From an uncultured Acidobacteriota bacterium (GTDB taxonomy: Bacteria; Acidobacteriota; Thermoanaerobaculia; Multivoradales; UBA5704): DNA of 64,000 nucleotides. Made by a program: the position numbers and the translations under genes. The DNA is taken from positions 4,000,001-4,064,000 of the forward strand of contig CAVYRF010000002.1 in the NCBI GenBank assembly GCA_963770895.1. Reading direction: 5' to 3'. This document shows positions 48,931 through 58,026 of this stretch, piece after piece; the stretch's first letter is position 1; every line of letters starts with the position of its first letter. Under the pieces are notes generated by a model that saw only the letters and a list, made by a program, of their open reading frames with translations, was not told the origin of the DNA and did no database searches.

Positions 48931-48970
48931 CCCAGCTCGCGGCTTGTCCTGCAGAATTCACCAGCGGATG

Positions 48971-48990
48971 GCGCCGCCATTCGGCGGCGC
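48971..48990 (+). terminator. Hairpin after the SPASM-like gene
   Basis: GCGCCGCC-ATTC-GGCGGCGC 8-bp stem. Confidence 0.4.
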
Positions 48991-49127
48991 GGGCCAGGCG
49001 TGCCGACGCAGCATCGTCGAAACGGTAGCGATGAGGAGGCGGCCGGGGCGGTCGCCTGTCTCGCGGTCGCGAAGGGAGGCGCACCGGCGCCCCCCAACTT
49101 GCAGGCGATGGGATACCGCCTAGATGC

Positions 49128-49158
49128 GGGCTGCGTGAGCCGGCGGCTCACGCAGCCC
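49128..49158. terminator. Perfect 14-bp hairpin between convergent genes
   Basis: GGGCTGCGTGAGCC-GGC-GGCTCACGCAGCCC. Confidence 0.6.
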
Positions 49159-49229
49159 TTGGGTTGAGTGGGAGCGAGACGAGGGGTGCGTCGAGGCGCA
49201 ACGGGGGTTGGCGGCGCCGATATAGTGTG

Positions 49230-50114
49230 TCAATCCTTGCCGACGAAGACGCGCTGCATGTTCAGGTAGAGGCCGCTGGTCGGCAGCGTGCCGCTGATGG
49301 AGGCGCTGGCGGGCTCGATGTTGGCGGATACGTAGCCGGTCGCGGAGGCGATGCCGGTGCAGAAGCTGGGGTCGGCGGTGAGGATGTTGGTGGCGCCGTA
49401 GGCGGTGATGGGCGGGGCTGCCGCGAAGACCGGCTGGGTGGTGTTGCTGGCGGTGTACACCGCGATTTCGAACGAGCAGCTGCCATAGGCGCCCAGAACG
49501 GGATACATCTCGAAGTAATACTCGGTGTTGGGTTGGATGGTGACGCCGTTGCCCAGCACGTTGTTGGCGGCGTTCAGCTGCAGTTGCCCCTGCACCACCG
49601 AGGAGAGGTTTTCGTTGGTCCCCCAGTACGCCCAGACCGAGCTGTCGTAAGTGGCCAGGAAAAAGCCATATTCCCGGCCTCCGTTGTAGCACTGGTTGGT
49701 GTTGAAAAAGACCGACTGGAACAGGTTGCCGGTCAGGTTGTTCAACGGGTAGGGCGTGTTGAACGTTCCCAGGAATCCCACGCCGGTGACCCCGGTGCCC
49801 TGATTGCTTTCGATGAACGCCACCGGGAAGTTGGTGGTGTTGCCGCAGTTGACCGCGCCGCCAGTGCCGGGCAGCTGGGTCTGGGGCATGGACAGGGTGT
49901 TGGCGGTCGGCAGGATCCCGGCCAGGTCGGTGTTGAGGATGGGCGACTGGCTGCTGCCGGCATCGTAGTAGTTGCCGCTGGCCATGTTCGATTCGTTGGT
50001 CAGGTTCAGGATGTCGGTCCAGACCGGCGGATATTGCTGAGCGTTGGCAAGGTTTGCCGCCGCCAGCAACGCCAGCGCCACGGTCGAAAAAGCGATCGTT
50101 CGAGTCCGTTTCAT
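49230..50114 (-). CDS. Secreted hypothetical protein, Asn/Thr/Gly-rich and probably beta-rich
   Basis: Signal peptide MKRTR...ANA-Q; GAGG RBS; strong GC3 codon bias; 4 Cys. Confidence 0.78.
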   Translation of the reverse strand: MKRTRTIAFSTVALALLAAANLANAQQYPPVWTDILNLTNESNMASGNYYDAGSSQSPILNTDLAGILPTANTLSMPQTQLPGTGGAVNCGNTTNFPVAFIESNQGTGVTGVGFLGTFNTPYPLNNLTGNLFQSVFFNTNQCYNGGREYGFFLATYDSSVWAYWGTNENLSSVVQGQLQLNAANNVLGNGVTIQPNTEYYFEMYPVLGAYGSCSFEIAVYTASNTTQPVFAAAPPITAYGATNILTADPSFCTGIASATGYVSANIEPASASISGTLPTSGLYLNMQRVFVGKD

Positions 50115-50152
50115 GATGTCTTTCCTCAGCGTTTGTTGCATGGGCCTTCTGC

Positions 50153-50223
50153 GATAGCATTCCATATTTTGAATACTATCTATTGCGAAATTGCATTATG
50201 TGGCATGACCGAATCTATGTCAA
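50153..50223 (-). promoter_or_regulatory. sigma70 promoter plus palindromic operator
   Basis: Minus strand TTGACA(50223-50218)-N17-CATAAT(50200-50195); inverted repeat GATAGCATTC-N8-GAATACTATC at 50153-50180. Confidence 0.7.
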
Positions 50224-50417
50224 GCCAAACCGGGGCAGCCGAGGCGGGGGCCAAACCGAGGGTGTGGGATGCATCCGCTACCGGCCTTTGGAATCCGCGC
50301 GACGGATGGACTGCGGGGGCGTTGGCGGGGTAGGGGGTTCTGGTAGACTTCGGCGGCGGGTGTCCGCCTGGTGGGTGGGGTGGGACGTCTGCTTACCTTT
50401 CTGGCCCTCGATACGGC

Positions 50418-52250
50418 GTGCTGCTCGAAATCCACGTGCGCAATCTGGCGGTGTTGGCCGAGGCGTCGGTGACGTTCGGTCCGGGGTTCAACGTGCTTTC
50501 GGGGGAGACGGGGGCGGGCAAGTCGATCGTGGTGGATTCGCTGTTCCTGCTGGCGGGGGCGCGGGCCAGCGGCGATCTGATCCGGGCGGGGGCGGAGGCG
50601 CTGACGGTGTCGGGGGTGTTCCGGCCGGGGGGGGCGGGGTGGCGGCGGGTGCTGGACGCGGCGGCGATCGAGATCGAAGGGGACGAAGTGCTGGTGCGGC
50701 GGGAGATCGGGCGCAACGGCCGCAACCGGGTGTTCGTCAACGATCAGCCGACGACGCTGCGGCTGCTGGCGGACCTGGCGCCGCACCTGCTGCGCATTCA
50801 TGGACAGCGCGACGAGCTTGACCTGCTGGCGGCGGAGCAGCAGCGGGAGTGGCTGGACGCGGGGGGTGGGGCGGAGGGGGACGGGCTGCTGGCGCGGGTG
50901 GGCGAAGCGTTCGCGCGCCACGCCCGGCTGGTGGAGCGCATCGAGCGCCTGAGCGGCGACGAGCGGCTGCGGCGGGAGCGGATCGAGCTGCTGCGGTTTC
51001 AGGCCGGCGAGATCGATGAAGCCAAGGGGCGGGCGGGCGAAGACGACGAGCTGCGGCAGGAGCGCGAAGTGCTGCGGCATGCCGAGGCGATCGCCGCGGC
51101 CGTGGGCGGCGCGCAGGCGCTGCTGTCCGAAGAGGAGGGCGCGGCGGTGGAGCGGGTGGCGCGCGCGCATTCGCTGCTGGCCGGGGTGGCGTCGTGGGAG
51201 CCGCAGGCGGCGGCCTGGGCTGCCGAAGTGGAGGAGGTCCGCATCCGCCTGGCGGAGGTGGCGACCGGCCTGGCGCGGCGCCTGGACGGGTTGGAGGCGG
51301 ACCCGGTGCGGCTGGATGCGGTGGAGGCGCGGCTGGCCCTGCTCGAAAGGCTGTGTCGCCGGCACGGCGGCGACCTGGCGCAGGTGCTGGCGCGGCGGGC
51401 TGAGATGGAGATCGAGCTGGCGGAGCTGGAGGGCGATGCCGACAACCTCGAGCAGCTGGCTGGCGAGGCGGCGGCGGCGCTCGCGGACTATCGCCAGGCG
51501 GCCCTGGCGCTGTCGGCGGCGCGGCAGGGGTGGGGCCAGGCGCTGGCGGGCCGCATCGAAGAGGAGCTGCAGGACCTGGCGCTGGGCCGGGCGCGGCTGG
51601 CGGTGCGCCTGGACCGGCGGCGCCGGGCCGAAAGCGAGCTGGTGCTGGACGGCGAGCCGGTCGACTACGGCCCGCATGGCATCGACCAGGTGACCTTCCT
51701 GTTCGCTCCCAATCCCGGCGAGGAGCCGCGTGCGCTGGCGCGCATCGCCTCGGGGGGAGAGCTGTCGCGGCTGCACCTGGCTCTGCAGCTGGCCGCCGGC
51801 GCCGGCCCGCGGCGGGCGGCGGGGGACTTGGGGGCGACCGTCCAGGAGCGGGAGGACGTGGCGCCGACCTTGGTGTTCGACGAGGTGGACAGCGGCATCG
51901 GCGGCGCCGAGGCGGCGGCGCTGGGGCGCAAGCTGCAACGGCTGGCCGCGGCCCGGCAGATCCTGGCCGTGACCCACCTGCCGCAGGTGGCGAGCCGCGC
52001 GGACCTCCATTTTCGCGTGCGCAAGACGGTGGCGGAGGGGCGGACCAACGTGCTGGTGGACCCGCTGGGCGGGCCGCGGCGGGTCGAAGAGGTGGCGCGC
52101 ATGCTGGGCGGGGAGTCGCTGACGCCGCTGTCGCTGTCGCACGCCGAAGAGCTGATCGCGGCGGCGGCCCGCGGCGCCGCCCAGCCGCCGGACCAGCCGC
52201 CGGCGCGGGCTGCCAGGCCGGCGGGCGGTCGGCGTCCGGCGGCGCCATGA
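50418..52250 (+). CDS. recN: DNA repair protein RecN
   Basis: GETGAGKS, ASGGELSR, FDEVDSG, VTHLPQVA. Confidence 0.95.
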   Translation: MLLEIHVRNLAVLAEASVTFGPGFNVLSGETGAGKSIVVDSLFLLAGARASGDLIRAGAEALTVSGVFRPGGAGWRRVLDAAAIEIEGDEVLVRREIGRNGRNRVFVNDQPTTLRLLADLAPHLLRIHGQRDELDLLAAEQQREWLDAGGGAEGDGLLARVGEAFARHARLVERIERLSGDERLRRERIELLRFQAGEIDEAKGRAGEDDELRQEREVLRHAEAIAAAVGGAQALLSEEEGAAVERVARAHSLLAGVASWEPQAAAWAAEVEEVRIRLAEVATGLARRLDGLEADPVRLDAVEARLALLERLCRRHGGDLAQVLARRAEMEIELAELEGDADNLEQLAGEAAAALADYRQAALALSAARQGWGQALAGRIEEELQDLALGRARLAVRLDRRRRAESELVLDGEPVDYGPHGIDQVTFLFAPNPGEEPRALARIASGGELSRLHLALQLAAGAGPRRAAGDLGATVQEREDVAPTLVFDEVDSGIGGAEAAALGRKLQRLAAARQILAVTHLPQVASRADLHFRVRKTVAEGRTNVLVDPLGGPRRVEEVARMLGGESLTPLSLSHAEELIAAAARGAAQPPDQPPARAARPAGGRRPAAP

Positions 52251-52287
52251 GCGGCGGACGTCGCGGGCGCCGGCGGCGGCACCCGCG

Positions 52288-52995
52288 GTGACGCCTGCGG
52301 CGGGGGCGGTCTGGCGCTGGCAGTTCGGCTCGCCGGTCGGGCCGCTCGCGGCGCTGCTGGCGGCGGGCGGGGTGGTGGCGATCCCCACGGAATCCAGCTA
52401 CGGATTGGCGGCGGTTCCTACCAGCGCGGCCGGCGTCGAGGCGATCTACCGGGTGAAGGGGCGCGAGCGCGGCAAGGCGCTGCCGGTGGTCGTGGCGGGG
52501 CTGGCGCAGCTGGCTGGCTTGGGGATCGCGCCCGACCTGCCTATACTCATGCGCCTGTCGGCGTTCTGGCCCGGCCCGCTCACGGTGGTGGTGCCGCTGG
52601 CCGCCGGCAGCGGTGCGGCCGCGCCTCCGGCGGCGGCCGGCGGCACCAGCCTGGCGGTCCGTATCCCCGGTCATGCACGGCTGCTGGAGCTGCTGGAGCA
52701 GCTGGGGCACGGGCTTACCGCGACCAGCGCCAACCGCAGCGGTGGCGAGCCGATTCTGGACCCGGGCGAGGTGGCGGCGCTGCTGGGCGCGTCGCTGGGA
52801 GCAGCGGCGGCCGCGGGGGCTGGGACGGCAGGCGCGGCGGTGGTGGACGGCGGCATTCTGGCCGGCGGGCCGCCCTCGACGATGGTGGTCGCGGTGGCGG
52901 CGCCGGATGCGCCGGACGGCTGGGGCGTCAAGGTGCTGCGCGCCGGCAGTGTTCCGGTCGAGCGGTTGCGCGAGCAGGTGCGCGTACTCGCGTAA
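52288..52995 (+). CDS. tsaC: L-threonylcarbamoyladenylate synthase (YrdC/Sua5)
   Basis: PTESSYGL, KGR...K.L, WPGPLT, TSANRSG. Confidence 0.88.
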   Translation: MTPAAGAVWRWQFGSPVGPLAALLAAGGVVAIPTESSYGLAAVPTSAAGVEAIYRVKGRERGKALPVVVAGLAQLAGLGIAPDLPILMRLSAFWPGPLTVVVPLAAGSGAAAPPAAAGGTSLAVRIPGHARLLELLEQLGHGLTATSANRSGGEPILDPGEVAALLGASLGAAAAAGAGTAGAAVVDGGILAGGPPSTMVVAVAAPDAPDGWGVKVLRAGSVPVERLREQVRVLA

Positions 52996-53027
52996 GCGCC
53001 GGGAACAGTGCGCGGCACTCGGAGGTT

Positions 53028-55079
53028 GTGGTGACAGATATGCGGCACGGAACACAGACCCAAGGCACCCGCCGAAGCTCCCCGCTCTCCCCCTTGCTGG
53101 CGCTCACCGCGCTGCTGCCGCTGCTGGCGGTCCTGGGCCTGGCGCCGCGGCCGGCGCGCGCCGCCGACGCCGCCAGCGCCTCCAGGACACTGCCGACGAT
53201 CGATATCGACGAGGTGAAAGTGGGCCAGCGCGGCTACGGCCTGTCGGTGTTTTCCGGCGGCGAGCCGCAGCGCTTCGAAGTCGAAGTGATCGGCGTGATG
53301 CGCAACACCAGCCCGGACATGAGCTACATCCTGGCGCGGCTGTCGGGGCGCGGCCTGGAGTCGAGCGGGGTGGCGGCGGGCATGAGCGGCAGCCCGGTGT
53401 TCCTCGACGGGCGCCTGGCCGGCGCGGTGGCGTTCGGCTGGCCTTTTTCGAAAGAGGCGATGTGCGGCGTGACGCCGATCGCGGTGATGCGCCGCCTGAC
53501 GACGCTGGGGTCGCCGGTGCCGACGTCGGCGCCGCCGCCGGTGCCGCTGGCCGACCTGCTGGCCGGCCGCGTGCCCGCCGACCTGCTGGCCCGCCAGATG
53601 GCGCGCCTGCACCTCAGCCAGGGCGGCCTCCCCGAGGGAGCGCTGTCGGGGGTCGAATGGTCGAGCGTCGGGTTCGGCGAGCAGTCGCGCGCCCTTTTGG
53701 GGCAGGCGCTGGGGCGCGTCGCGTCGGCGGGCAGCCTGGGCGCGGCGCCGCTGGGAGCCGCGCCGCCGGCGGCGCGGCCCGAGCTGGTTCCCGGCAGCGC
53801 GGTGGCGGCGGTGCTGGTGGACGGCGACCTGCAGCTGGCCGCGGTCGGCACCGTGACCGATCACCTGGGCGACCGCATCCTCGCCTTCGGCCACGCCTTC
53901 CTGGGCTTCGGCGCGATCCGCGTGCCGATGGCGACGGCGGACGTGATCACCGTGCTGTCCAGCCAGTACAGCTCGTTCAAGATCGCCAACCTGGGCGCCA
54001 CCGTGGGCGCCTTCGAGCAGGACCGTCAGGCTGGCATCGAAGGGCGGCTGGGGGCGCAGGCGACGATGGTGCCGCTGTCGCTGCGCATCGGCGGCGCGCT
54101 GGCCAAGGCCGCCGGCGGCTCGTCCCCGGCTGCCGACGCCGCGTCCTCGGCTGCCGGCGCCGCGCCGGCGCGCCTGTTCCACGTGCGCATCGCCGACGTG
54201 CCCGAGCTGCTGCCGCTGCTCAGCGGCAGCACCCTGGCCGCCGGCCTGGAATCGGCCAGCTTTTCGAGCGGCCCCCAGGACCTGGACCTGACGGCCCGCT
54301 TCCGCATGGCCGGGCACGAAGACCTGGTGGTGCGGCAGAGCTTCGACGGCGAGGGCGCCACCAGCTCGATGGCCAGCTACCTGGTGGCGGTGGCGTCCTA
54401 TCTGGAGCAGAACCCGCTCGAGCAGGTGCACATCCAGGACGTCGACGTCAACATCGAGCAGACGCCGCGCCAGCAGACCGCGACCGTCACCGCCGCCTAT
54501 GCCGACCGCGCCATCGTGCACCCCGGCGATCGCCTGGGCATCCACGTCGAGCTGCAGGCGTACCGCGGCCAGCGCTCCCGCCATTCGTTCGAGCTGCAGC
54601 TGCCGCGCGACCTGCCGCTGGGCCGCTATTCGATGCTGGTCGGCGACGGCCCCAGCGCCGATGCCGCGCGCCTCACCCTGGCGCCGGTCGATCCGGGCAC
54701 CTTCGCCCAGGCCATGGCCCTGCTGCGCTCGCTCCATTCGCGCCGCGACCTTGCCCTGATCGGCTTTTACAGCGGCGCGGGGGTGGCGGTGGCGGGCGAG
54801 GTGCTGCCCATGCTCCCCGGCTCGCTGCGCTCGCTGTGGGCCGCCTCGGCGGCGCCCGGCGCGGCGCCGCTGCACGTCGCCATCGCCCAGGAGCGGCACG
54901 AGACCCTGGAGGTGCCGATCGAAGGCCTGGTGCGGATCGACGTCGACGTGCGGCGGCGCGACGCTCCGCCGGCAGCCGGCGGCGCCGAGCACCAGGGCGC
55001 CGGCGAAGGCGAAGGCGAATCTTCCGTCCAGCTTTACGATTCCGCGATGCCTGCGTCGGGCAGCGAGGGGGTGCAATGA
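53028..55079 (+). CDS. SpoIVB-like S55 peptidase domain protein, secreted
   Basis: Signal peptide; GMSGSPV; GTVT...AFGH. Confidence 0.82.
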   Translation: MVTDMRHGTQTQGTRRSSPLSPLLALTALLPLLAVLGLAPRPARAADAASASRTLPTIDIDEVKVGQRGYGLSVFSGGEPQRFEVEVIGVMRNTSPDMSYILARLSGRGLESSGVAAGMSGSPVFLDGRLAGAVAFGWPFSKEAMCGVTPIAVMRRLTTLGSPVPTSAPPPVPLADLLAGRVPADLLARQMARLHLSQGGLPEGALSGVEWSSVGFGEQSRALLGQALGRVASAGSLGAAPLGAAPPAARPELVPGSAVAAVLVDGDLQLAAVGTVTDHLGDRILAFGHAFLGFGAIRVPMATADVITVLSSQYSSFKIANLGATVGAFEQDRQAGIEGRLGAQATMVPLSLRIGGALAKAAGGSSPAADAASSAAGAAPARLFHVRIADVPELLPLLSGSTLAAGLESASFSSGPQDLDLTARFRMAGHEDLVVRQSFDGEGATSSMASYLVAVASYLEQNPLEQVHIQDVDVNIEQTPRQQTATVTAAYADRAIVHPGDRLGIHVELQAYRGQRSRHSFELQLPRDLPLGRYSMLVGDGPSADAARLTLAPVDPGTFAQAMALLRSLHSRRDLALIGFYSGAGVAVAGEVLPMLPGSLRSLWAASAAPGAAPLHVAIAQERHETLEVPIEGLVRIDVDVRRRDAPPAAGGAEHQGAGEGEGESSVQLYDSAMPASGSEGVQ

Positions 55080-57481
55080 TGCGCAGGATTGCCGGCAGCG
55101 CCGGTCTTGCCGGGTTGGCCGCCCTGGGCTGGTTTGCCGCCCTGGGTACCTTTGGCGCCGTCGCCGCTCGCGCCACGCAGGTCAAGATCTTCGAGACGCG
55201 CGGCGCCGTCTCCTTCCTGGGCGGCAAGCTCTCGGGGGTCAACGTCGACGCCCTGGGACGGATGCGCCTGGCGCCGCGCGCCGAGCACCTGGCGACGCTC
55301 GAAGAGCCGTTTCTGTTCAGCGCCGCCGTGCTGCGCGACCCCGCCGGCCATGGCGCGACGAGCGCGGAAGACAGCTGGGTCGTCGGCACCGGCAACTCCG
55401 GCAAGGTCCTGGCGATCGATCGCCACGGCGCCGTGCGCGAGCTGTTCGCCGCCCCCGAGCCCGAGGTGTTCGCGCTGTGGGCCGATCCCGACGGCACGGT
55501 CTACGCCGGCACCTCGCCGCACGGCAAGGTGTACCGCATCCCCCCCGGCGGCAAGGCCGCACCGTTTTTCGACCCCGGCGAAACCTACATCTGGGCGCTG
55601 GCGCGCGACGCCGCGGGCAAGCTCCTGGTCGCCACCGGCGGCCGCGGCAAGCTCTATCGCGTCGACGACAAGGGGCACGGCGAGGTGGCCTTTACCGCCG
55701 ACGACCTGCACATCCGCTCGCTGGCGCCGCAGCCCGGCGGCGACATCCTGCTGGGCACCGCCGGCAAGGGCCTGATCCTGCGCCTGGACGCCAAGGGGCA
55801 CGCGCGCACCCTCTACCAGGGCGAAGCGCCGGAAGTGGCGGCGTTTGCCACCGCACCCGACGGCGTGACCTACGCGGCGCTGGTGGCCTCCGAAGCCAGC
55901 CTGGTGGATCTCAGCCCCGCCGCGGCCGCCGCCGCGGCCGGTGGCGGCGGGGGAGGCGGCACGGCGCCTGGCGCCGGCGGCGGACTGCCGGCGGCGGGCA
56001 CCGGCGGCGCGCGCCCCGGCGCCAAGCCGGGCAAGCAGCCGGCGGCCGCCGACGCGGGCGAGACGCCCAGCCTGGGCAGCCGCCATCCCGGCGCCACCGG
56101 CCCGCGCAGCGAGCTGCTGCGCATCGCCGCCGACGGGTCGGTGGAATCGCTGTGGACGTTCAACATCGACACCCTGTTTTCCCTGCTGTGGCAGAACGAC
56201 AAGCTGTGGCTGGCAACCGGCGTCGAAGGCAAGCTGTGGAGCTATGCGGGCGGCCAGCTGACGCTGGAAGAGGACCTGGACGACCGCCAGATCGTGACCC
56301 TGCTGCCCGGCGCGGCGGGCCCGGTGTTCGCCACCACCAACGGTTCGTCGCTGTACCGCGTGGTGGCCGCCACCGAGCAGCACGGCGTTTACACCAGCGC
56401 CGCCCTCGACGCCGGTCAGGCGGCGCGCTTCGGCACCTTCCGCTGGCTGGGCGAGGTGCCGGACGGCGCGTCGGTGCGGCTGTCGTTCCGCAGCGGCATG
56501 AGCGCGGTCCCCGACGACACCTGGTCGCCCTGGCTGACGCCGGAGGCCCGCTCCGCGCCGGCCGGCTCCGCGCCCGCGACCAACTGGCCCGAAGGCAAGA
56601 GCACGGCGCGCGTCGCCGGCCCGGCCCTGACCGAGGAGCTGCCGCTGACCGACCTGCCTCGCGCGCGCTACGTGCAGTGGCGCGCCGAGATCACCGCCGG
56701 CGGCCGCCACGGCCGTTCGCCGGTTGTGTACGCCGCCGAGCTGTCGTATCGCCAGGTGAACCTGCGGCCCCGCATCTCCATGCTGGCGGCCCTGGATCCG
56801 GGACAGATCCTGGTGCCGGTGTCGTTCAACCCGACCAACCAGGTGTACGAGCCGCCGCACCCCAACCGCGACGGCATCTTCGTGCCGATCGGCACCCCCG
56901 CCGGCGACGAGGGCGGCGGCGGGCGCACCAAGGTGCTGTGGAAGATGGGCTACCAGACCTTGCGCTGGAGCGCCGCCGATCCCAACGACGACCCGCTGCT
57001 CTTCGACCTGTACTTCCGCCCGGCCGAGGCGGCGGACGACGCCCCCTGGCTGAAGGTGGCGGGCGACGTGGACGACGACCATTTCAGCTTCGACGCCACG
57101 GCGCTGCCCGACGGCTACTACCGGTTCCGCCTGGTCGCCTCGGACCGCCTGGCCAACGACCCGGACGCCGCGCTGTCGGCGGAGCGGATCAGCGAGCCGG
57201 TGGCGATCGACCACTCGCCGCCGGCGCTGGTGGCGGTCGAACGCGAGGGCAAGCGCTGGCGCATCACCCTGCGCGACGCGCTCAGCCCCATCCGCGACGT
57301 GGAATACAGCGTCGATGCCGGACCCTGGAAGCCGGCGCGCGCCGCCGACGGCCTGCTGGACGCCGAAACCGAAACGGTGCTGATCGACGCCGACGACGCC
57401 GCGAACGCCAAGCTGCTGCTGCTGCGGGCGACCGACGCCGCGTACAATGTCGTCACCTTCAATCTCAGCCGGAGCCGGTAA
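55076..57481 (+). CDS. Secreted beta-propeller protein with Ig/FN3-like C-terminal domains
   Basis: Repeated GT..GKVYR blades; ATGA overlap with the S55 gene; LPDGYYRFRLVASD. Confidence 0.72.
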   Translation: MMRRIAGSAGLAGLAALGWFAALGTFGAVAARATQVKIFETRGAVSFLGGKLSGVNVDALGRMRLAPRAEHLATLEEPFLFSAAVLRDPAGHGATSAEDSWVVGTGNSGKVLAIDRHGAVRELFAAPEPEVFALWADPDGTVYAGTSPHGKVYRIPPGGKAAPFFDPGETYIWALARDAAGKLLVATGGRGKLYRVDDKGHGEVAFTADDLHIRSLAPQPGGDILLGTAGKGLILRLDAKGHARTLYQGEAPEVAAFATAPDGVTYAALVASEASLVDLSPAAAAAAAGGGGGGGTAPGAGGGLPAAGTGGARPGAKPGKQPAAADAGETPSLGSRHPGATGPRSELLRIAADGSVESLWTFNIDTLFSLLWQNDKLWLATGVEGKLWSYAGGQLTLEEDLDDRQIVTLLPGAAGPVFATTNGSSLYRVVAATEQHGVYTSAALDAGQAARFGTFRWLGEVPDGASVRLSFRSGMSAVPDDTWSPWLTPEARSAPAGSAPATNWPEGKSTARVAGPALTEELPLTDLPRARYVQWRAEITAGGRHGRSPVVYAAELSYRQVNLRPRISMLAALDPGQILVPVSFNPTNQVYEPPHPNRDGIFVPIGTPAGDEGGGGRTKVLWKMGYQTLRWSAADPNDDPLLFDLYFRPAEAADDAPWLKVAGDVDDDHFSFDATALPDGYYRFRLVASDRLANDPDAALSAERISEPVAIDHSPPALVAVEREGKRWRITLRDALSPIRDVEYSVDAGPWKPARAADGLLDAETETVLIDADDAANAKLLLLRATDAAYNVVTFNLSRSR

Positions 57482-57488
57482 GGGAGCG

Positions 57489-58025
57489 ATGAGCGTGCGC
57501 ATTGCCGTCTATCCGGGATCGTTCGACCCCATCCACAACGGCCACCTCGACCTGATCGAGCGCTGCCGCCCGATGTTCGACCGGCTGGTCATCGCGGTGC
57601 TGAACAACGAGGTGAAGCGGGCGCTGTTCAGCGTCGAGGAGCGGCAGGAGATCATCCGCGAGCTGGTCGGCCACGGCGACGGCTGTGCCGTCGAAAGCTT
57701 TTCCGGCCTGCTGGTCGACTTCATGGACCAGGTGGGCGCCCGCATCGTGGTGCGCGGTCTGCGCGCGGTGACCGATTTCGAATACGAGTTCCAGATGGCG
57801 CTGATGAACCGCCGCCTCAACCCGCGCGTCGAAACCGTTTTCATGGCGCCCAACGAAGAGTACAGTTACCTGTCGAGCCGCCTGGTCAAAGAGGTGTTTT
57901 CCCTGGGCGGCGACCTGACCGGGCTGGTGCCCGACGCCGTGCTGGCGCGCCTGGGAAAGCGCCTGCCGCGGCGCTCCAAGGACGCCGGTGCGGCGCCGCC
58001 CGCGGGCCGGGCGGCCGACCTGTAG
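57489..58025 (+). CDS. coaD: Phosphopantetheine adenylyltransferase
   Basis: YPGSFDPIHNGH, RGLRAVTDFEYE, SSRLVKE. Confidence 0.96.
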   Translation: MSVRIAVYPGSFDPIHNGHLDLIERCRPMFDRLVIAVLNNEVKRALFSVEERQEIIRELVGHGDGCAVESFSGLLVDFMDQVGARIVVRGLRAVTDFEYEFQMALMNRRLNPRVETVFMAPNEEYSYLSSRLVKEVFSLGGDLTGLVPDAVLARLGKRLPRRSKDAGAAPPAGRAADL

Positions 58026-58026
58026 G

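Noticed and set aside
52613-55075. 1622-aa ORF as a single giant protein
   Set aside because: The N-terminal half is an Arg/Gly-rich shadow frame over tsaC and the S55 gene; the real gene starts at 55076
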